From: Bacteroidales bacterium
GTDB lineage: Bacteria; Bacteroidota; Bacteroidia; Bacteroidales; P3
Reading direction: 5' to 3'
Assembly: GCA_017647785.1 (NCBI GenBank)
Contig: JAGCJW010000041.1
Location: 18,960-82,959, forward strand
DNA: 64,000 nucleotides
Both the position numbers and the translations under genes were made by a program. The notes under the pieces were generated by a model. It was not told where the DNA came from. It worked only from the letters and a program-made list of their open reading frames with translations, and did not search any database. Shown here in pieces: positions 38,767 to 49,243 of the stretch; position 1 is the stretch's first letter, and each line of letters begins with the position of its first letter.

Positions 38767-39933
38767 TTATTCGTAAAGTAAGTATTTCGACCTGATTTTC
38801 TTAAATTTTTCAATATCTTTTTGCCACGAGCTTTTAATTTCTTTTTCCGACAATCCACTTTCTATTTGTTTTCGTAATTTATCTGTACCTGCAAGTTTGT
38901 CAAAAAAGTTTGTAAAAAACTCCGATTTTCTTTCTTCGTTTTGATAAATTCTTATCAAGAAAGAAAAATTTAATTCTTTGATTCGATTTTCTAATTCTTG
39001 AATTCCGTAACACTTTACTCCTTTGTATGGTGGGTTATCACTAACTCCTTTGATTGCTCTTGGAGTAAAAGAAAATGTTGTATCCTTATATCCCGGATAT
39101 CCAATAATTTCAAAAGGAGTATCAGTACCTCTACCTACACTTACTATTGTTCCTTCAAAGAAACATAAAGAAGGATATAAGGCTATAGCATTTGGAGTTT
39201 GCAAATTAGGACTTGGAGCAACAGGTAATTGATATACCTCTTCCATATTATGTTTCCAATTCAATATTTTCACAACTTGCAAATCGCAAACTACTGAATT
39301 TTTCAACCATCTCTCGCCATTTATCATTCTTGCATACTCTCCTATTGTCATTGCATGCAAAACAGGAATTGTATGCATACCAACAAAAGATTTAAACTTA
39401 GGTTCTAAAACAGGACCATCAATATAATCATTAGGATTAGGCCTATCCAAAACTATTAATTTGCAATTATTCTCAGCACAAGCCTCCATTACATAATGAA
39501 GAGTTGATATATATGTATAGAAACGACAACCCACATCTTGCAAATCAAACAAAATCACATCGCAATCTTTCATTTGTTCTACGGTTGGCTTTTTATTCTT
39601 ACCATATAAAGATACTATAGGAATACCTGTCTTTGAATCCACAGAATTTTTCACTACTCCACCCGCTTCAACATTACCTCTAAATCCATGCTCAGGGGAA
39701 AATACTTTAATTACATTCACATCTAAGGCAAGAAGTGTGTCTAATAAATGTACCAATTCGCCTTTTGCATTGTGTACAACGCCTGTTTGATTTGTAACTA
39801 TCGCAACTTTTTTAGCTTTAATAAAGTTTATATATTCGTCAATTCTTTCTGCACCGGTAACAACTCCACTTTGCGAAAAACTAAAAAGAGGGACTAAAGA
39901 TAAAAGTAAAACTATAATTAAACTTTTTTTCAT
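38767..39933 (-). CDS. DUF1343 family protein (NamZ-like exo-beta-N-acetylmuramidase)
   Basis: Start at the ATG at 39933 (MKKSLIIVLLLSL signal peptide), with a TATATTTG box at 39954-39961. FSPEHGFRG and DLQDVGCRFYTY motifs are characteristic of DUF1343. Confidence 0.7.
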   Translation of the reverse strand: MKKSLIIVLLLSLVPLFSFSQSGVVTGAERIDEYINFIKAKKVAIVTNQTGVVHNAKGELVHLLDTLLALDVNVIKVFSPEHGFRGNVEAGGVVKNSVDSKTGIPIVSLYGKNKKPTVEQMKDCDVILFDLQDVGCRFYTYISTLHYVMEACAENNCKLIVLDRPNPNDYIDGPVLEPKFKSFVGMHTIPVLHAMTIGEYARMINGERWLKNSVVCDLQVVKILNWKHNMEEVYQLPVAPSPNLQTPNAIALYPSLCFFEGTIVSVGRGTDTPFEIIGYPGYKDTTFSFTPRAIKGVSDNPPYKGVKCYGIQELENRIKELNFSFLIRIYQNEERKSEFFTNFFDKLAGTDKLRKQIESGLSEKEIKSSWQKDIEKFKKIRSKYLLYE

Positions 39934-39953
39934 TTTTTGAGGTTTATAAAGTG

Positions 39954-39961
39954 CAAATATA
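39954..39961 (-). promoter_or_regulatory. Bacteroidota sigma-A -7 box (DUF1343 gene)
   Basis: Minus strand TATATTTG, 20 nt upstream of the ATG at 39933. Confidence 0.5.
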
Positions 39962-40005
39962 TTAAAAAACTTATCTTTTTTACTTTGTTTTAAAAAAAAT
40001 ATTTT

Positions 40006-40013
40006 TACTTTTG
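40006..40013 (+). promoter_or_regulatory. Bacteroidota sigma-A -7 box (rho, long leader)
   Basis: TACTTTTG, 121 nt upstream of the rho ATG at 40135. Confidence 0.4.
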
Positions 40014-40134
40014 CAATCACAAATTTGTTCACGAAAGTGATGATTCAATCATTTTTATTAAAGTTTCACAAAAAATATTGTTAGAAATCACATAAAAGCA
40101 TTTTTTTAAATTGCTTTTATTTATCAATCATAAT

Positions 40135-41847
40135 ATGTACAATAAAACTCAATTAGAACAACAATCTTTAGATGAACTCAAACAAACAGCTAAAGAATTA
40201 GGTTTAACGAAAGTTAGTCGTCTAAACGCTCAAGAATTAATTTACAAAATCTTAGATTTCCAAGCTCAAATGCAGCCATCACCTGCTGTTGAAGAGAAAA
40301 AAGACATTGCTAAAAAGAAGACTCGCGCTCGTATTAAACCAAAACCAATAGCAGAAAGCAACGTAAAAAAAGACGATTCTGATAACACTAAACCTAAAAA
40401 AGCAAAAGAAGAAAAAACCGATGAAATCGTTATAAAGGAACTTAAATTAGCAGCAATGCCTATAATTCCTAAAATAGACGATGTTGTACTACCAGAATTT
40501 AATCCTACCCCAAAAATTTCTAAAACAGAAACTTCAATAAAGAAAGAAGTTAAAAAAGAAATAAAAGTTAAAGAAACAAAAACGGAAGAGCCTAAGATAG
40601 AAGTTGTAGAAGTTAAGGCTGAATTAAAAGAAGTCAAAACAGAACAAGCAGAAGAAAACAAAGCAGAAGAAAAACCTACACCTGTAGTAGAAGCTCCTAT
40701 AGAAAAGAAACCTCTTTTCAACTTTGAAACAGAAGGATTAGTAACTGCCGAGGGGGTTTTGGAAACAATGCCAGATGGATACGGCTTTTTACGTTCTTCG
40801 GACTACAATTACCTAAACTCTCCTGATGATATATACGTTTCACAATCACAAATAAAATACTTCGGCTTAAAAACAGGCGATACAGTTGAGGGAACAATAC
40901 GTCCACCAAAAGATGGAGAAAAATATTTCCCACTTGTAAAAGCCCTAAAAATAAATGGCAAAGAAGCAGAACTTGTAAGAGATAGAATACCTTTTGATTA
41001 TCTTACACCACTTTTCCCAGAAGAAAAATTTGACCTTTGTCATCACGCAGCCGAATCACTTTCCACAAGAGTAATTGACCTTTTCACACCAATAGGAAAA
41101 GGACAACGTGCCTTGATTGTCGCGCCTCCAAAGACAGGAAAGACAACTCTATTAAAGGAAGTAGCGAATGCCATTGCTGCAAATCACCCTGAGGTTTATC
41201 TTATAGTGCTTTTGATAGATGAAAGACCAGAAGAAGTAACCGATATGCAAAGAACGGTTAATGCAGAGGTAATTGCCTCAACCTTTGATGAGCCTGCGGA
41301 AAGACATGTAAAGATTGCAAACATCGTATTGGAGAAAGCAAAACGTATGACAGAATGTGGACACGATGTTGTAATAGTTCTTGACTCTATAACAAGACTT
41401 GCAAGAGCCTACAATACAGTTGCCCCAGCCTCTGGAAAAGTTCTTTCAGGTGGAGTTGAAGCAAACGCATTGCAAAAACCTAAACGTTTCTTTGGAGCAG
41501 CAAGAAACATAGAAAATGGTGGCTCTTTAACAATCATAGCAACAGCTCTTACAGAAACAGGTTCAAAAATGGACGAAGTAATCTTTGAAGAATTCAAAGG
41601 AACAGGTAATATGGAGCTTCAACTTGATAGAAAGCTTGCAAACAAACGTATCTACCCAGCAATAGACCTTGTTGCATCATCTACAAGACGCGATGACTTA
41701 CTTCACAATAAGGTTATATGGGATAGAATGTTAATACTTCGCAATCACATTGCAGATATGACACCACAAGAAGCAATGGAATTGATTAAAGGAAGAATGA
41801 ATAACACAGAAACAAATGAAGAATTTCTTTTAGGAATGAATGGATAA
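40135..41847 (+). CDS. rho: Transcription termination factor Rho with a ~150-aa K/E-rich N-terminal insertion
   Basis: [10 protein letters not shown] Walker [26 protein letters not shown]. The insertion lies between the N-terminal helical bundle and the CSD-like RNA-binding domain. Confidence 0.95.
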   Translation: MYNKTQLEQQSLDELKQTAKELGLTKVSRLNAQELIYKILDFQAQMQPSPAVEEKKDIAKKKTRARIKPKPIAESNVKKDDSDNTKPKKAKEEKTDEIVIKELKLAAMPIIPKIDDVVLPEFNPTPKISKTETSIKKEVKKEIKVKETKTEEPKIEVVEVKAELKEVKTEQAEENKAEEKPTPVVEAPIEKKPLFNFETEGLVTAEGVLETMPDGYGFLRSSDYNYLNSPDDIYVSQSQIKYFGLKTGDTVEGTIRPPKDGEKYFPLVKALKINGKEAELVRDRIPFDYLTPLFPEEKFDLCHHAAESLSTRVIDLFTPIGKGQRALIVAPPKTGKTTLLKEVANAIAANHPEVYLIVLLIDERPEEVTDMQRTVNAEVIASTFDEPAERHVKIANIVLEKAKRMTECGHDVVIVLDSITRLARAYNTVAPASGKVLSGGVEANALQKPKRFFGAARNIENGGSLTIIATALTETGSKMDEVIFEEFKGTGNMELQLDRKLANKRIYPAIDLVASSTRRDDLLHNKVIWDRMLILRNHIADMTPQEAMELIKGRMNNTETNEEFLLGMNG

Positions 41848-41865
41848 TTTTTAAAAATTACGATA

Positions 41866-43395
41866 ATGGCAAACAACGAAGACTTATTTAAAAAGATAAC
41901 ATCTCACGCAAAAGAATACGGATTTATATTCCCTTCAAGTGAAATCTACGATGGTATGAGTGCCGTTTACGACTATGGTCAAAACGGGGTAGAATTAAAA
42001 AACAATATCAAACAATATTGGTGGAAATCAATGACACAAATGCATGAAAACATAGTTGGAATTGATTCTGCTATATTTATGCACCCTACTATTTGGAAAG
42101 CATCGGGTCATGTGGACGCTTTCAACGACCCTTTAATAGATAACAAAGATTCAAAAAAGCGTTATCGTGCCGATGTGTTGATTGAAGAACACATTGCAAA
42201 GATAGAAGACAAAATAAACAAAGAGTGCGAAAAAGCAAAGAAACGCTTTGGCGATAGTTTCGATAGAGAACAATTCGTAAGCACTAACGCAAGAGTATTA
42301 GAGTACACAGCAAAAATGCAAGAGATACAAACAAAGTTTGCAGAGTTAATGGAAGCAAACGACCTTGCAGGAATTAAAACTCTAATCGAAGACCTTGGAA
42401 TTGTATGTCCTATATCGGGTTCAAGAAATTGGACAGACGTAAGACAATTCAACCTAATGTTTGCAACAAAAGTAGGTTCGGTAAGCGAACAAGCCGACAC
42501 AATTTATCTTAGACCTGAGACTGCACAAGGAATTTTCGTGAATTACTTAAATGTTCAAAAGACAGGTAGAATGAAAATCCCATTTGGTATTGCACAAATC
42601 GGAAAAGCCTTCCGTAATGAGATTGTTGCAAGACAATTCATTTTTAGAATGAGAGAATTTGAGCAAATGGAGATGCAGTTTTTTGTTCGTCCAGGAGAAG
42701 AAATCAAATGGTTTGAATACTGGAAAGAAACACGTATGAAATGGCATCTTGCATTAGGAATACCAAGTGAAAAATATCGTTATCACGACCACGAAAAACT
42801 TGCACATTACGCAAACGCCGCAACCGATATTGAATTTGAATTTCCATTTGGATTCAAAGAATTAGAGGGTATTCATTCAAGAACAGACTTTGACTTAAAA
42901 CGCCACCAAGAATTCTCAGGAAAAAAACTACAATACTTCGATTCAGAACTTGGTGAAAGCTATGTTCCATACGTAATTGAAACATCTATTGGATTAGACC
43001 GTACATTCCTTGCAGTTTTCTCTCACGCTTACAAAGAAGAAAAGCTTGAAGACGGTTCAGAAAGAGTAGTTTTAGCTCTTCCAAGAGTGCTTGCACCTGT
43101 GAAAGCAGCTGTTCTTCCACTTGTAAAGAAAGATGGAATGCCAGAAAAAGCAAGAGAGATTATGAATATCTTAAAACAAGACTTCCAAGTTCAATATGAC
43201 GAAAAAGATGCTATTGGAAAACGTTACAGACGTCAAGATGCAATAGGAACACCTTATTGTATTACAATAGATTCTCAAACAATGGAAGACAACACCGTTA
43301 CAGTTAGAGAAAGAGATACAATGCAACAAGAACGCATCTCAATAGATAATCTCTTTGCTTATATACATAATAACATTAAACCTTTAAATTTATAG
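41866..43395 (+). CDS. glyQS: Glycine--tRNA ligase (homodimeric alpha2 type)
   Basis: 509 aa. Class II motifs (FRNEI, RMREFEQMEMQFF) and an anticodon-binding C-terminus. Confidence 0.95.
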   Translation: MANNEDLFKKITSHAKEYGFIFPSSEIYDGMSAVYDYGQNGVELKNNIKQYWWKSMTQMHENIVGIDSAIFMHPTIWKASGHVDAFNDPLIDNKDSKKRYRADVLIEEHIAKIEDKINKECEKAKKRFGDSFDREQFVSTNARVLEYTAKMQEIQTKFAELMEANDLAGIKTLIEDLGIVCPISGSRNWTDVRQFNLMFATKVGSVSEQADTIYLRPETAQGIFVNYLNVQKTGRMKIPFGIAQIGKAFRNEIVARQFIFRMREFEQMEMQFFVRPGEEIKWFEYWKETRMKWHLALGIPSEKYRYHDHEKLAHYANAATDIEFEFPFGFKELEGIHSRTDFDLKRHQEFSGKKLQYFDSELGESYVPYVIETSIGLDRTFLAVFSHAYKEEKLEDGSERVVLALPRVLAPVKAAVLPLVKKDGMPEKAREIMNILKQDFQVQYDEKDAIGKRYRRQDAIGTPYCITIDSQTMEDNTVTVRERDTMQQERISIDNLFAYIHNNIKPLNL

Positions 43396-43397
43396 AT

Positions 43398-44120
43398 ATG
43401 AAAAGCAAGTACATCTTATTCTTATTAGCGATTGTTTTAGTAATTAGCCCTTGTAAAAAAACAAAAGCACAAACCGAATATATAATTCCAACAACGCTAA
43501 TTTCATACGGTGTACTTGCTCAATTTGTTCCTGCCTTAGACGATTTTGACCTTAACATTAGAGAAGGCTTTTCATCATTTAATCAAAACAAATGTAAGGT
43601 TGATGATTACATTCAATACCTTCCAACCCTTGCATTTGCAGGATTAGGAACATTAGGCGTAGAAACCAACTATAAATTCGTTGATAGAGTTTGCATAGGT
43701 GCAATGGCATACACATTTGTCGGTGCAACAGTTTTAATAACCAAACAAGCAACGGGAATTAAACGACCAGATGGCTCAGCAAATAACTCATTTCCTTCGG
43801 GACATACAGCACTCTCTTTCGTAGGAGCCGATTTGGTTTATATGACATACAAAGACGCCTCGCCAATATATGGAATTGCCGCATACGCTTGCGCCACAAC
43901 AGTAGGCTTTCTTAGAATGTATAACAATAGACATTGGTTTTCAGACGTAGTTTGCGGAGCTGGCGTTGGGATTCTCGGTTCAAGACTTTCAATTTGGGCT
44001 TTCGACAAAATAAAACAATGCGTTAGCAATCGCAAAAACAAAGACCTATCCCTAAACGGAGGCTTTGCACCATTTATATATCAAGACAAAATAGGATTTT
44101 CTTTAAGTTTGACGTTTTAA
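43398..44120 (+). CDS. PAP2-superfamily phosphatase
   Basis: 240 aa. KRPDG...PSGHT...RMYNNRHWFSDV tripartite acid phosphatase motif. Confidence 0.75.
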   Translation: MKSKYILFLLAIVLVISPCKKTKAQTEYIIPTTLISYGVLAQFVPALDDFDLNIREGFSSFNQNKCKVDDYIQYLPTLAFAGLGTLGVETNYKFVDRVCIGAMAYTFVGATVLITKQATGIKRPDGSANNSFPSGHTALSFVGADLVYMTYKDASPIYGIAAYACATTVGFLRMYNNRHWFSDVVCGAGVGILGSRLSIWAFDKIKQCVSNRKNKDLSLNGGFAPFIYQDKIGFSLSLTF

Positions 44121-44121
44121 A

Positions 44122-44182
44122 ACAAAGAAATAAAAAAATAAAACGCTCGTTTGTCAAAATAAAACAAAGACTTACGAGCGTT
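44122..44182 (+). repeat. 61-nt repeated hairpin module, copy B (after the PAP2 gene)
   Basis: ACAAAGAAATAAAAAAATAAAACGCTCGTTTGTCAAAATAAAACAAAGACTTACGAGCGTT. It differs from copy A by one substitution plus a shifted single-base indel. The loop differs at a single base. Confidence 0.85.
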
Positions 44183-44212
44183 ATTCTTTGAGTTAATTAT
44201 CTCCAATTAATT

Positions 44213-44464
44213 TTAATCAACTTCTTTACATTCGTAATATTTATCTCCAATATGATCAAACGCATCAACTTCATCATGAGTATCTTTTCCTTCAAAATAT
44301 TCACAAGGAGTTTCACCAGATTTGAAAATATGAGAAGCGCCGCTTAAAAGCTCTCCTGTAAATCCCCAATATGAGTATTTACATTCACAAGTATGATTTG
44401 TTTCGCAGGCTGCGAATAATATCACTGACGTGATAATTAAAACTAACTTTTTCATTGTTTTCAT
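44213..44464 (-). CDS. Small Cys-rich lipoprotein (hypothetical)
   Basis: 83 aa. Lipobox VILFAAC and four further Cys. Has its own TATATTTG promoter box. Confidence 0.4.
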   Translation of the reverse strand: MKTMKKLVLIITSVILFAACETNHTCECKYSYWGFTGELLSGASHIFKSGETPCEYFEGKDTHDEVDAFDHIGDKYYECKEVD

Positions 44465-44485
44465 CTTTTTTTAATTTCTATTCGG

Positions 44486-44515
44486 CAAATATACAACTTT
44501 TTTACCCCCCCCAAA
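44486..44515 (-). promoter_or_regulatory. Promoter TTTG-N18-TATATTTG whose spacer contains a G8 (C8 on plus strand) tract
   Basis: The minus strand reads CTTTGTTTTTTTTGGGGGGGGTAAAAAAGTTGTATATTTG, then 21 nt to the ATG at 44464. Confidence 0.5.
44505..44512. repeat. C8 homopolymer tract
   Basis: TTTTTTACCCCCCCCAAAAAAAA. The only long G/C homopolymer I noticed in this AT-rich window. Confidence 0.95.
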
Positions 44516-44516
44516 A

Positions 44517-44550
44517 AAAACAAAGAAAAATCGGAAAAAACAAAGAAAAA
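44517..44550. repeat. 2 x 20-bp AAAACAAAGAAAAA repeat
   Basis: AAAACAAAGAAAAATCGGAA AAAACAAAGAAAAAAAAGAA. Confidence 0.85.
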
Positions 44551-44552
44551 AA

Positions 44553-44584
44553 AGAATGCTCCAAGATGTTTCAAGGAGCATTCT
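44553..44584. terminator. Bidirectional terminator hairpin downstream of gyrB
   Basis: AGAATGCTCC-aagatgtttcaa-GGAGCATTCT, with A8 before and T6 after. Confidence 0.65.
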
Positions 44585-44602
44585 TTTTTGTTTATTTTTT
44601 GA

Positions 44603-46555
44603 TTACGCGTCTATGTTTGCGTATGTTGCGTTTCGTTCTATGAATTCTCGTCTTGGTGGTACGTCATCGCCCATTAACATTGAGAATACTCTGTCTGCTT
44701 CTGAGGCGTTTTCGATTGTAACTTGTTTTAAGATACGTCTTGCTGGGTCCATTGTGGTTTCCCAAAGTTGTTCTTCGTTCATTTCTCCAAGACCTTTGTA
44801 TCGTTGTATTTCAACCTTACCTTTGCCTGTTGAATACTCTGCAACAACGGCTTCTCTTTCTTCTTCTGTCCAACAATATCTTTTTTGCTTGTTGGTTGAG
44901 GAAGAAACACCATACAAAGGTGGTGCTGCAATGAATACGTGTCCTTCTTCTATCAATTCTCTCATATAACGGAAGAAGAATGTCAAAATAAGGGTTGCGA
45001 TATGCGCACCATCGACATCGGCATCGGTCATGATAATTACTTTATGGTAACGTAGTTTTTCCATATTCAATGCCTTTGAGTCTTCTTTTGTGCCTATTGA
45101 TACTCCTAATGCTGTATATATATTCTTAATTTCCTCAGAATCCAATACTCTATGTTGCATTGCTTTTTCAACATTAAGAATCTTTCCTCTAAGTGGTAGG
45201 ATTGCTTGGTGTTCTCTATCTCTTCCTTGTTTTGCTGTTCCTCCCGCTGAATCCCCTTCGACAAGGAATAATTCACATACGCTTGGATCGTTGCTTGAGC
45301 AGTCAGATAATTTACCAGGTAAGCCTGCTACTCCTAATATTGTTTGTCTTTGTACAAGGTCTCTTGCTTTTCTTGCGGCATGTCTTGCTGTTGCTGCAAG
45401 GATTACTTTATCTACTATTTGTTTTGCTTCTTTTGGGTGCTCTTCCAAATAGTTTGCTAATATTTCACTAACAGCTGCTGCAACCGCTGGGGCAACTTCG
45501 CTATTTCCTAACTTAGTTTTTGTTTGGCCTTCAAATTGTGGCTCTGCAACCTTTACAGATATTACTGCGGTTAGCCCTTCACGAAAGTCATCTCCTGCAA
45601 TTTCAAATTTCAACTTATCTAACAATCCTTCTTTTGTGGCATAGTTTTTAAGTGTTCTTGTCATTGCTTGACGAAATCCTGTCAAGTGTGTACCACCTTC
45701 GTGAGTGTTGATATTGTTTACGTATGAGTGAAGATTTTCTGTAAAGCCTGTGTTGTATTGCATTGCAATTTCAATAGGAATTCCTTGTTTTTCTCCTTCT
45801 ACATAAATAGGTTCTGGAATAAGATGTTCTCTTGTTGCATCTAAATATGATATAAAGTCTTTCAATCCATTTTCTGAATAGAATGTTTCTGAAAGGAAAT
45901 TGCCTTCATCATCTTTTTGACGAAAATCTGTAATAGAAAGTTCTATTCCTTTATTTAAGAATGCAAGTTCTCTTAAACGTGAAGCAAGGGTTTGATAATC
46001 GTAAACACTTACTGTGAATATTTCATCATCTGGAAGGAACTCTACAACTGTACCTCTTTTATCTGTTGTGCCAATTTCTTTTACTGCATATTGAGGAACG
46101 CCCTTTGAGTATTCTTGTTCATAGATTTTACCATCTCTATAAACGTTTACTTTCAAATGTGTTGATAAGGCATTAACACAACTAACACCCACACCGTGTA
46201 AACCACCAGATACTTTATAAGAACCTTTATCAAACTTACCACCTGCGTGCAAGACTGTCATAACTACTTCCAATGCTGAACGGCCTTCCTTTGGGTGAAT
46301 ATCAACAGGGATACCTCTACCGTTATCCTCTACTCTTATGGAATTATTTTCTAATATTTGAACGCTTACCTTATTACAATAACCAGCCAATGCTTCGTCT
46401 ATGGAATTATCTACCACTTCATAAACAAGATGATGCAAACCTCTAACATTAACATCACCAATGTACATTGCAGGTCTTTTTCTTACTGCTTCCAAACCTT
46501 CCAATACGTTAATATTGGCGGCGGTATATTCTCCTTTTCTTAATTCTTCGCTCAT
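44603..46555 (-). CDS. gyrB: DNA gyrase subunit B
   Basis: 650 aa. GHKL ATPase, Toprim EGDSAGG and PLRGKILNVE motifs. Confidence 0.98.
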   Translation of the reverse strand: MSEELRKGEYTAANINVLEGLEAVRKRPAMYIGDVNVRGLHHLVYEVVDNSIDEALAGYCNKVSVQILENNSIRVEDNGRGIPVDIHPKEGRSALEVVMTVLHAGGKFDKGSYKVSGGLHGVGVSCVNALSTHLKVNVYRDGKIYEQEYSKGVPQYAVKEIGTTDKRGTVVEFLPDDEIFTVSVYDYQTLASRLRELAFLNKGIELSITDFRQKDDEGNFLSETFYSENGLKDFISYLDATREHLIPEPIYVEGEKQGIPIEIAMQYNTGFTENLHSYVNNINTHEGGTHLTGFRQAMTRTLKNYATKEGLLDKLKFEIAGDDFREGLTAVISVKVAEPQFEGQTKTKLGNSEVAPAVAAAVSEILANYLEEHPKEAKQIVDKVILAATARHAARKARDLVQRQTILGVAGLPGKLSDCSSNDPSVCELFLVEGDSAGGTAKQGRDREHQAILPLRGKILNVEKAMQHRVLDSEEIKNIYTALGVSIGTKEDSKALNMEKLRYHKVIIMTDADVDGAHIATLILTFFFRYMRELIEEGHVFIAAPPLYGVSSSTNKQKRYCWTEEEREAVVAEYSTGKGKVEIQRYKGLGEMNEEQLWETTMDPARRILKQVTIENASEADRVFSMLMGDDVPPRREFIERNATYANIDA

Positions 46556-46606
46556 TGTTTATGTTATTTGAAGATACAAAAGTAATAAATTTTCCTTAAT
46601 TTTTTG

Positions 46607-46614
46607 TAGTTTTG
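46607..46614 (+). promoter_or_regulatory. Bacteroidota sigma-A -7 box (yfhO-like)
   Basis: TAGTTTTG, 33 nt upstream of the ATG at 46648. Confidence 0.5.
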
Positions 46615-46647
46615 CACGCAAATTAAACACAAAAATTAAAAAATAAT

Positions 46648-49224
46648 ATGAATTTCAAAAAAATCTTACCTCACATTATTGCAATAGCAGCATTTATTGT
46701 AGTAAGTTTTGTCTTTTTTAGCCCTGTCTTAGAAGGCAAAAAATTATTCCAAAGCGATATGGCTCAATTTGAAGGAGCCGCAAAAGAATTACTTGATTAT
46801 GAAAAAGTAAGCGGAGAACGCTCCAATTGGGCTAACTCAATGTTTAGCGGAATGCCCTCATATCAAATCGCATTCCCACAATCAAACAACATTTTCGATA
46901 CAGTAAGCCAACCACTCACACTTTGGGGATTTTCCTTTGATGCAGGAATATTCTTTATAATGATGTTAGGCTTCTATATATTTATGAATGTAATGGGAGC
47001 GCGACCATTGATAAGTGCGTTTGCAGCTTTGATTTACGCCTTAGGCTCTTACAATGTGATAATCATAGGTGTAGGACACATAACAAAAGCATGGGCAATG
47101 GCAATGATAGCACCAATACTTGCAGGTATGATACTTGTTTTAAAAAGAAAATACATATCGGGCGTTATCCTTTTCACACTATCACTTGGCTTGCAAATCT
47201 ATTTTAATCACATACAAATCACATACTACACGCTTATTGCGGCAATCATTCTTGGTATATCATACCTTGTATATGCAATAAGAGAAAAAGAAATCAAACA
47301 ATTCGTAATTAGCTGTGTAGTTTTAGTTATCTGTGCCGTAGTATCACTAATACCAAACTCCTCTCACCTTGCACTAAACAATGAATACGTAAAACACACC
47401 ATGAGAGGTGGAAGCGAAATCACAGTAAGAGAAAAAGACAACACAAACGACAAAGGTCTAAGCATAGACTACGCATACGCATGGAGCTATGGCGTTGGAG
47501 AAACCTTTACAATCCTAATTCCAGACTACAAAGGAGGCGGAAGTTCCGACAATCGCTGGGAAAGCCTTGCAGAAAACCGTTTAAGAGAAATACAAAACAC
47601 ACAACCAGCACAAGCCTCACACCCACAAATCAATCAAGTAATAAATCAATACGCAGGCTCAACCTATTGGGGCGAACAACCCTTCACAGCAGGTACAGTT
47701 TACTTTGGAGCAATCGTAATATTCCTTTCATTACTTGGCTTTTTGTTAATCAAAGGAGCAGAACGCTGGTGGTTACTTATAGCAACAATAATTTCAATCC
47801 TTATCTCATGGGGTAACAACTTTATGTTGCTAAACGAATTTTTGTTTAACCACCTCCCACTCTACGACAAATTCCGTACACCTTCGATGATACTTGTCGT
47901 AGCCAATGTAACACTTGTAATAGCAGCCTTCTTAGGATTAAAAGAGTTCTTTAACCAAGAAGTAAGCGACAAAAAGAAATTACAATCCCTATACATAAGC
48001 GCTGGAGTTGTAGGAGGATTTTGCTTGCTATGTACCTTGATACCAGAAGTGTTTGCATCATTTAGTTCAAGCAAAGACGCAACCTTTGAAACCATGTTAG
48101 GCAACAGCTTTATGCAAGCCTTATACGAAGACCGTAAAGCAGCCTTCACCTCAGACTCTCTACGCTCATTCATCTTCATAGCAATAGCATTCGTAAGTTT
48201 ATTCCTATTTGCTAAAGACAAACTTAAAAAAGAAGTTATCGTAATTTGCATAATAGGACTTGCAGCAACAATAGACCTTTGGCAAGTAGATAAACGCTAT
48301 ATCTCAGAAGACAACTACAAAAAGCCATACGAAATGCAAGTACAAACAACACCAGCAATAGAAACCATAAAATCAGAAGTAGAAGCCAAAAACATAAATC
48401 ACTACCGCGTATATAACTTAGCAGTAAACACCTTTAACGATGCCTCAACCTCGTATCACTTCCCATCAATCGGCGGATACCACGGAGCAAAACTACAACG
48501 CTACCAAGACATCATAGACCTACACATACTAAACCCTAACTACAAACAACAAGACTTAGCCGACACAACACTATTACAACAAAACCAAATCAGACAATTC
48601 TATTACACATACCAAAACCAAATAAACTGTCCTAATTTAGACGTTTTAAATATGCTTGACACAAGATTCTTTATCCTACCATTAGGACAAGAAGGCGGAA
48701 TGGCGGTAGAAAACCCAGAAGCCTGTGGAGCAGCATGGTTTGTAGATGAAATAAAAAATGTAAACACAGCAGACGAAGAAATACTTGCCTTAAACAACTT
48801 CAAACCAAAACAAACAGCAATCATCAACCAAGAATTTGCATCACAAATCAAAAACAAAGACCTTACAAACAGAGATAAAAACGCAACAATCACACTACAA
48901 CCAAGCCAAAACAACGACCCAGATGTGAAAATCTACAAATCACAATCCACAACCTCACAATTCTGCGTATTATCTGAAATCTACTATGCAGAAGGTTGGA
49001 AAGCATACATAGACGGCAAAGAAACCCCACTTCTAAGAGCCAACTACATATTAAGAGCCGTTGAAGTACCAGCAGGAGAGCATACAATAGAATTAAGATG
49101 CGAACCAGACACACTAAAAACCTTTAACATCATTAACCTAATAGGCTCAATCATAATAATAGCCTTCATCTTAGGAGCAATCGCCCTACCAATCATAAAA
49201 CGATTCAAAGAAAAGAAGAAATAA
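46648..49224 (+). CDS. YfhO-family membrane protein (putative glycosyl transfer)
   Basis: 858 aa, N-terminal half multi-TM, large extracytoplasmic C-terminal part, final TM. Architecture typical of YfhO. Confidence 0.7.
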   Translation: MNFKKILPHIIAIAAFIVVSFVFFSPVLEGKKLFQSDMAQFEGAAKELLDYEKVSGERSNWANSMFSGMPSYQIAFPQSNNIFDTVSQPLTLWGFSFDAGIFFIMMLGFYIFMNVMGARPLISAFAALIYALGSYNVIIIGVGHITKAWAMAMIAPILAGMILVLKRKYISGVILFTLSLGLQIYFNHIQITYYTLIAAIILGISYLVYAIREKEIKQFVISCVVLVICAVVSLIPNSSHLALNNEYVKHTMRGGSEITVREKDNTNDKGLSIDYAYAWSYGVGETFTILIPDYKGGGSSDNRWESLAENRLREIQNTQPAQASHPQINQVINQYAGSTYWGEQPFTAGTVYFGAIVIFLSLLGFLLIKGAERWWLLIATIISILISWGNNFMLLNEFLFNHLPLYDKFRTPSMILVVANVTLVIAAFLGLKEFFNQEVSDKKKLQSLYISAGVVGGFCLLCTLIPEVFASFSSSKDATFETMLGNSFMQALYEDRKAAFTSDSLRSFIFIAIAFVSLFLFAKDKLKKEVIVICIIGLAATIDLWQVDKRYISEDNYKKPYEMQVQTTPAIETIKSEVEAKNINHYRVYNLAVNTFNDASTSYHFPSIGGYHGAKLQRYQDIIDLHILNPNYKQQDLADTTLLQQNQIRQFYYTYQNQINCPNLDVLNMLDTRFFILPLGQEGGMAVENPEACGAAWFVDEIKNVNTADEEILALNNFKPKQTAIINQEFASQIKNKDLTNRDKNATITLQPSQNNDPDVKIYKSQSTTSQFCVLSEIYYAEGWKAYIDGKETPLLRANYILRAVEVPAGEHTIELRCEPDTLKTFNIINLIGSIIIIAFILGAIALPIIKRFKEKKK

Positions 49225-49243
49225 AACAAAGAAAAAATTAAAT

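Noticed and set aside
40094-40118. Attenuator hairpin AAAAGCA-N11-TGCTTTT in the rho leader
   Set aside because: The stem is 7 bp with only two G-C pairs and an 11-nt loop. That is too weak to call from sequence alone.
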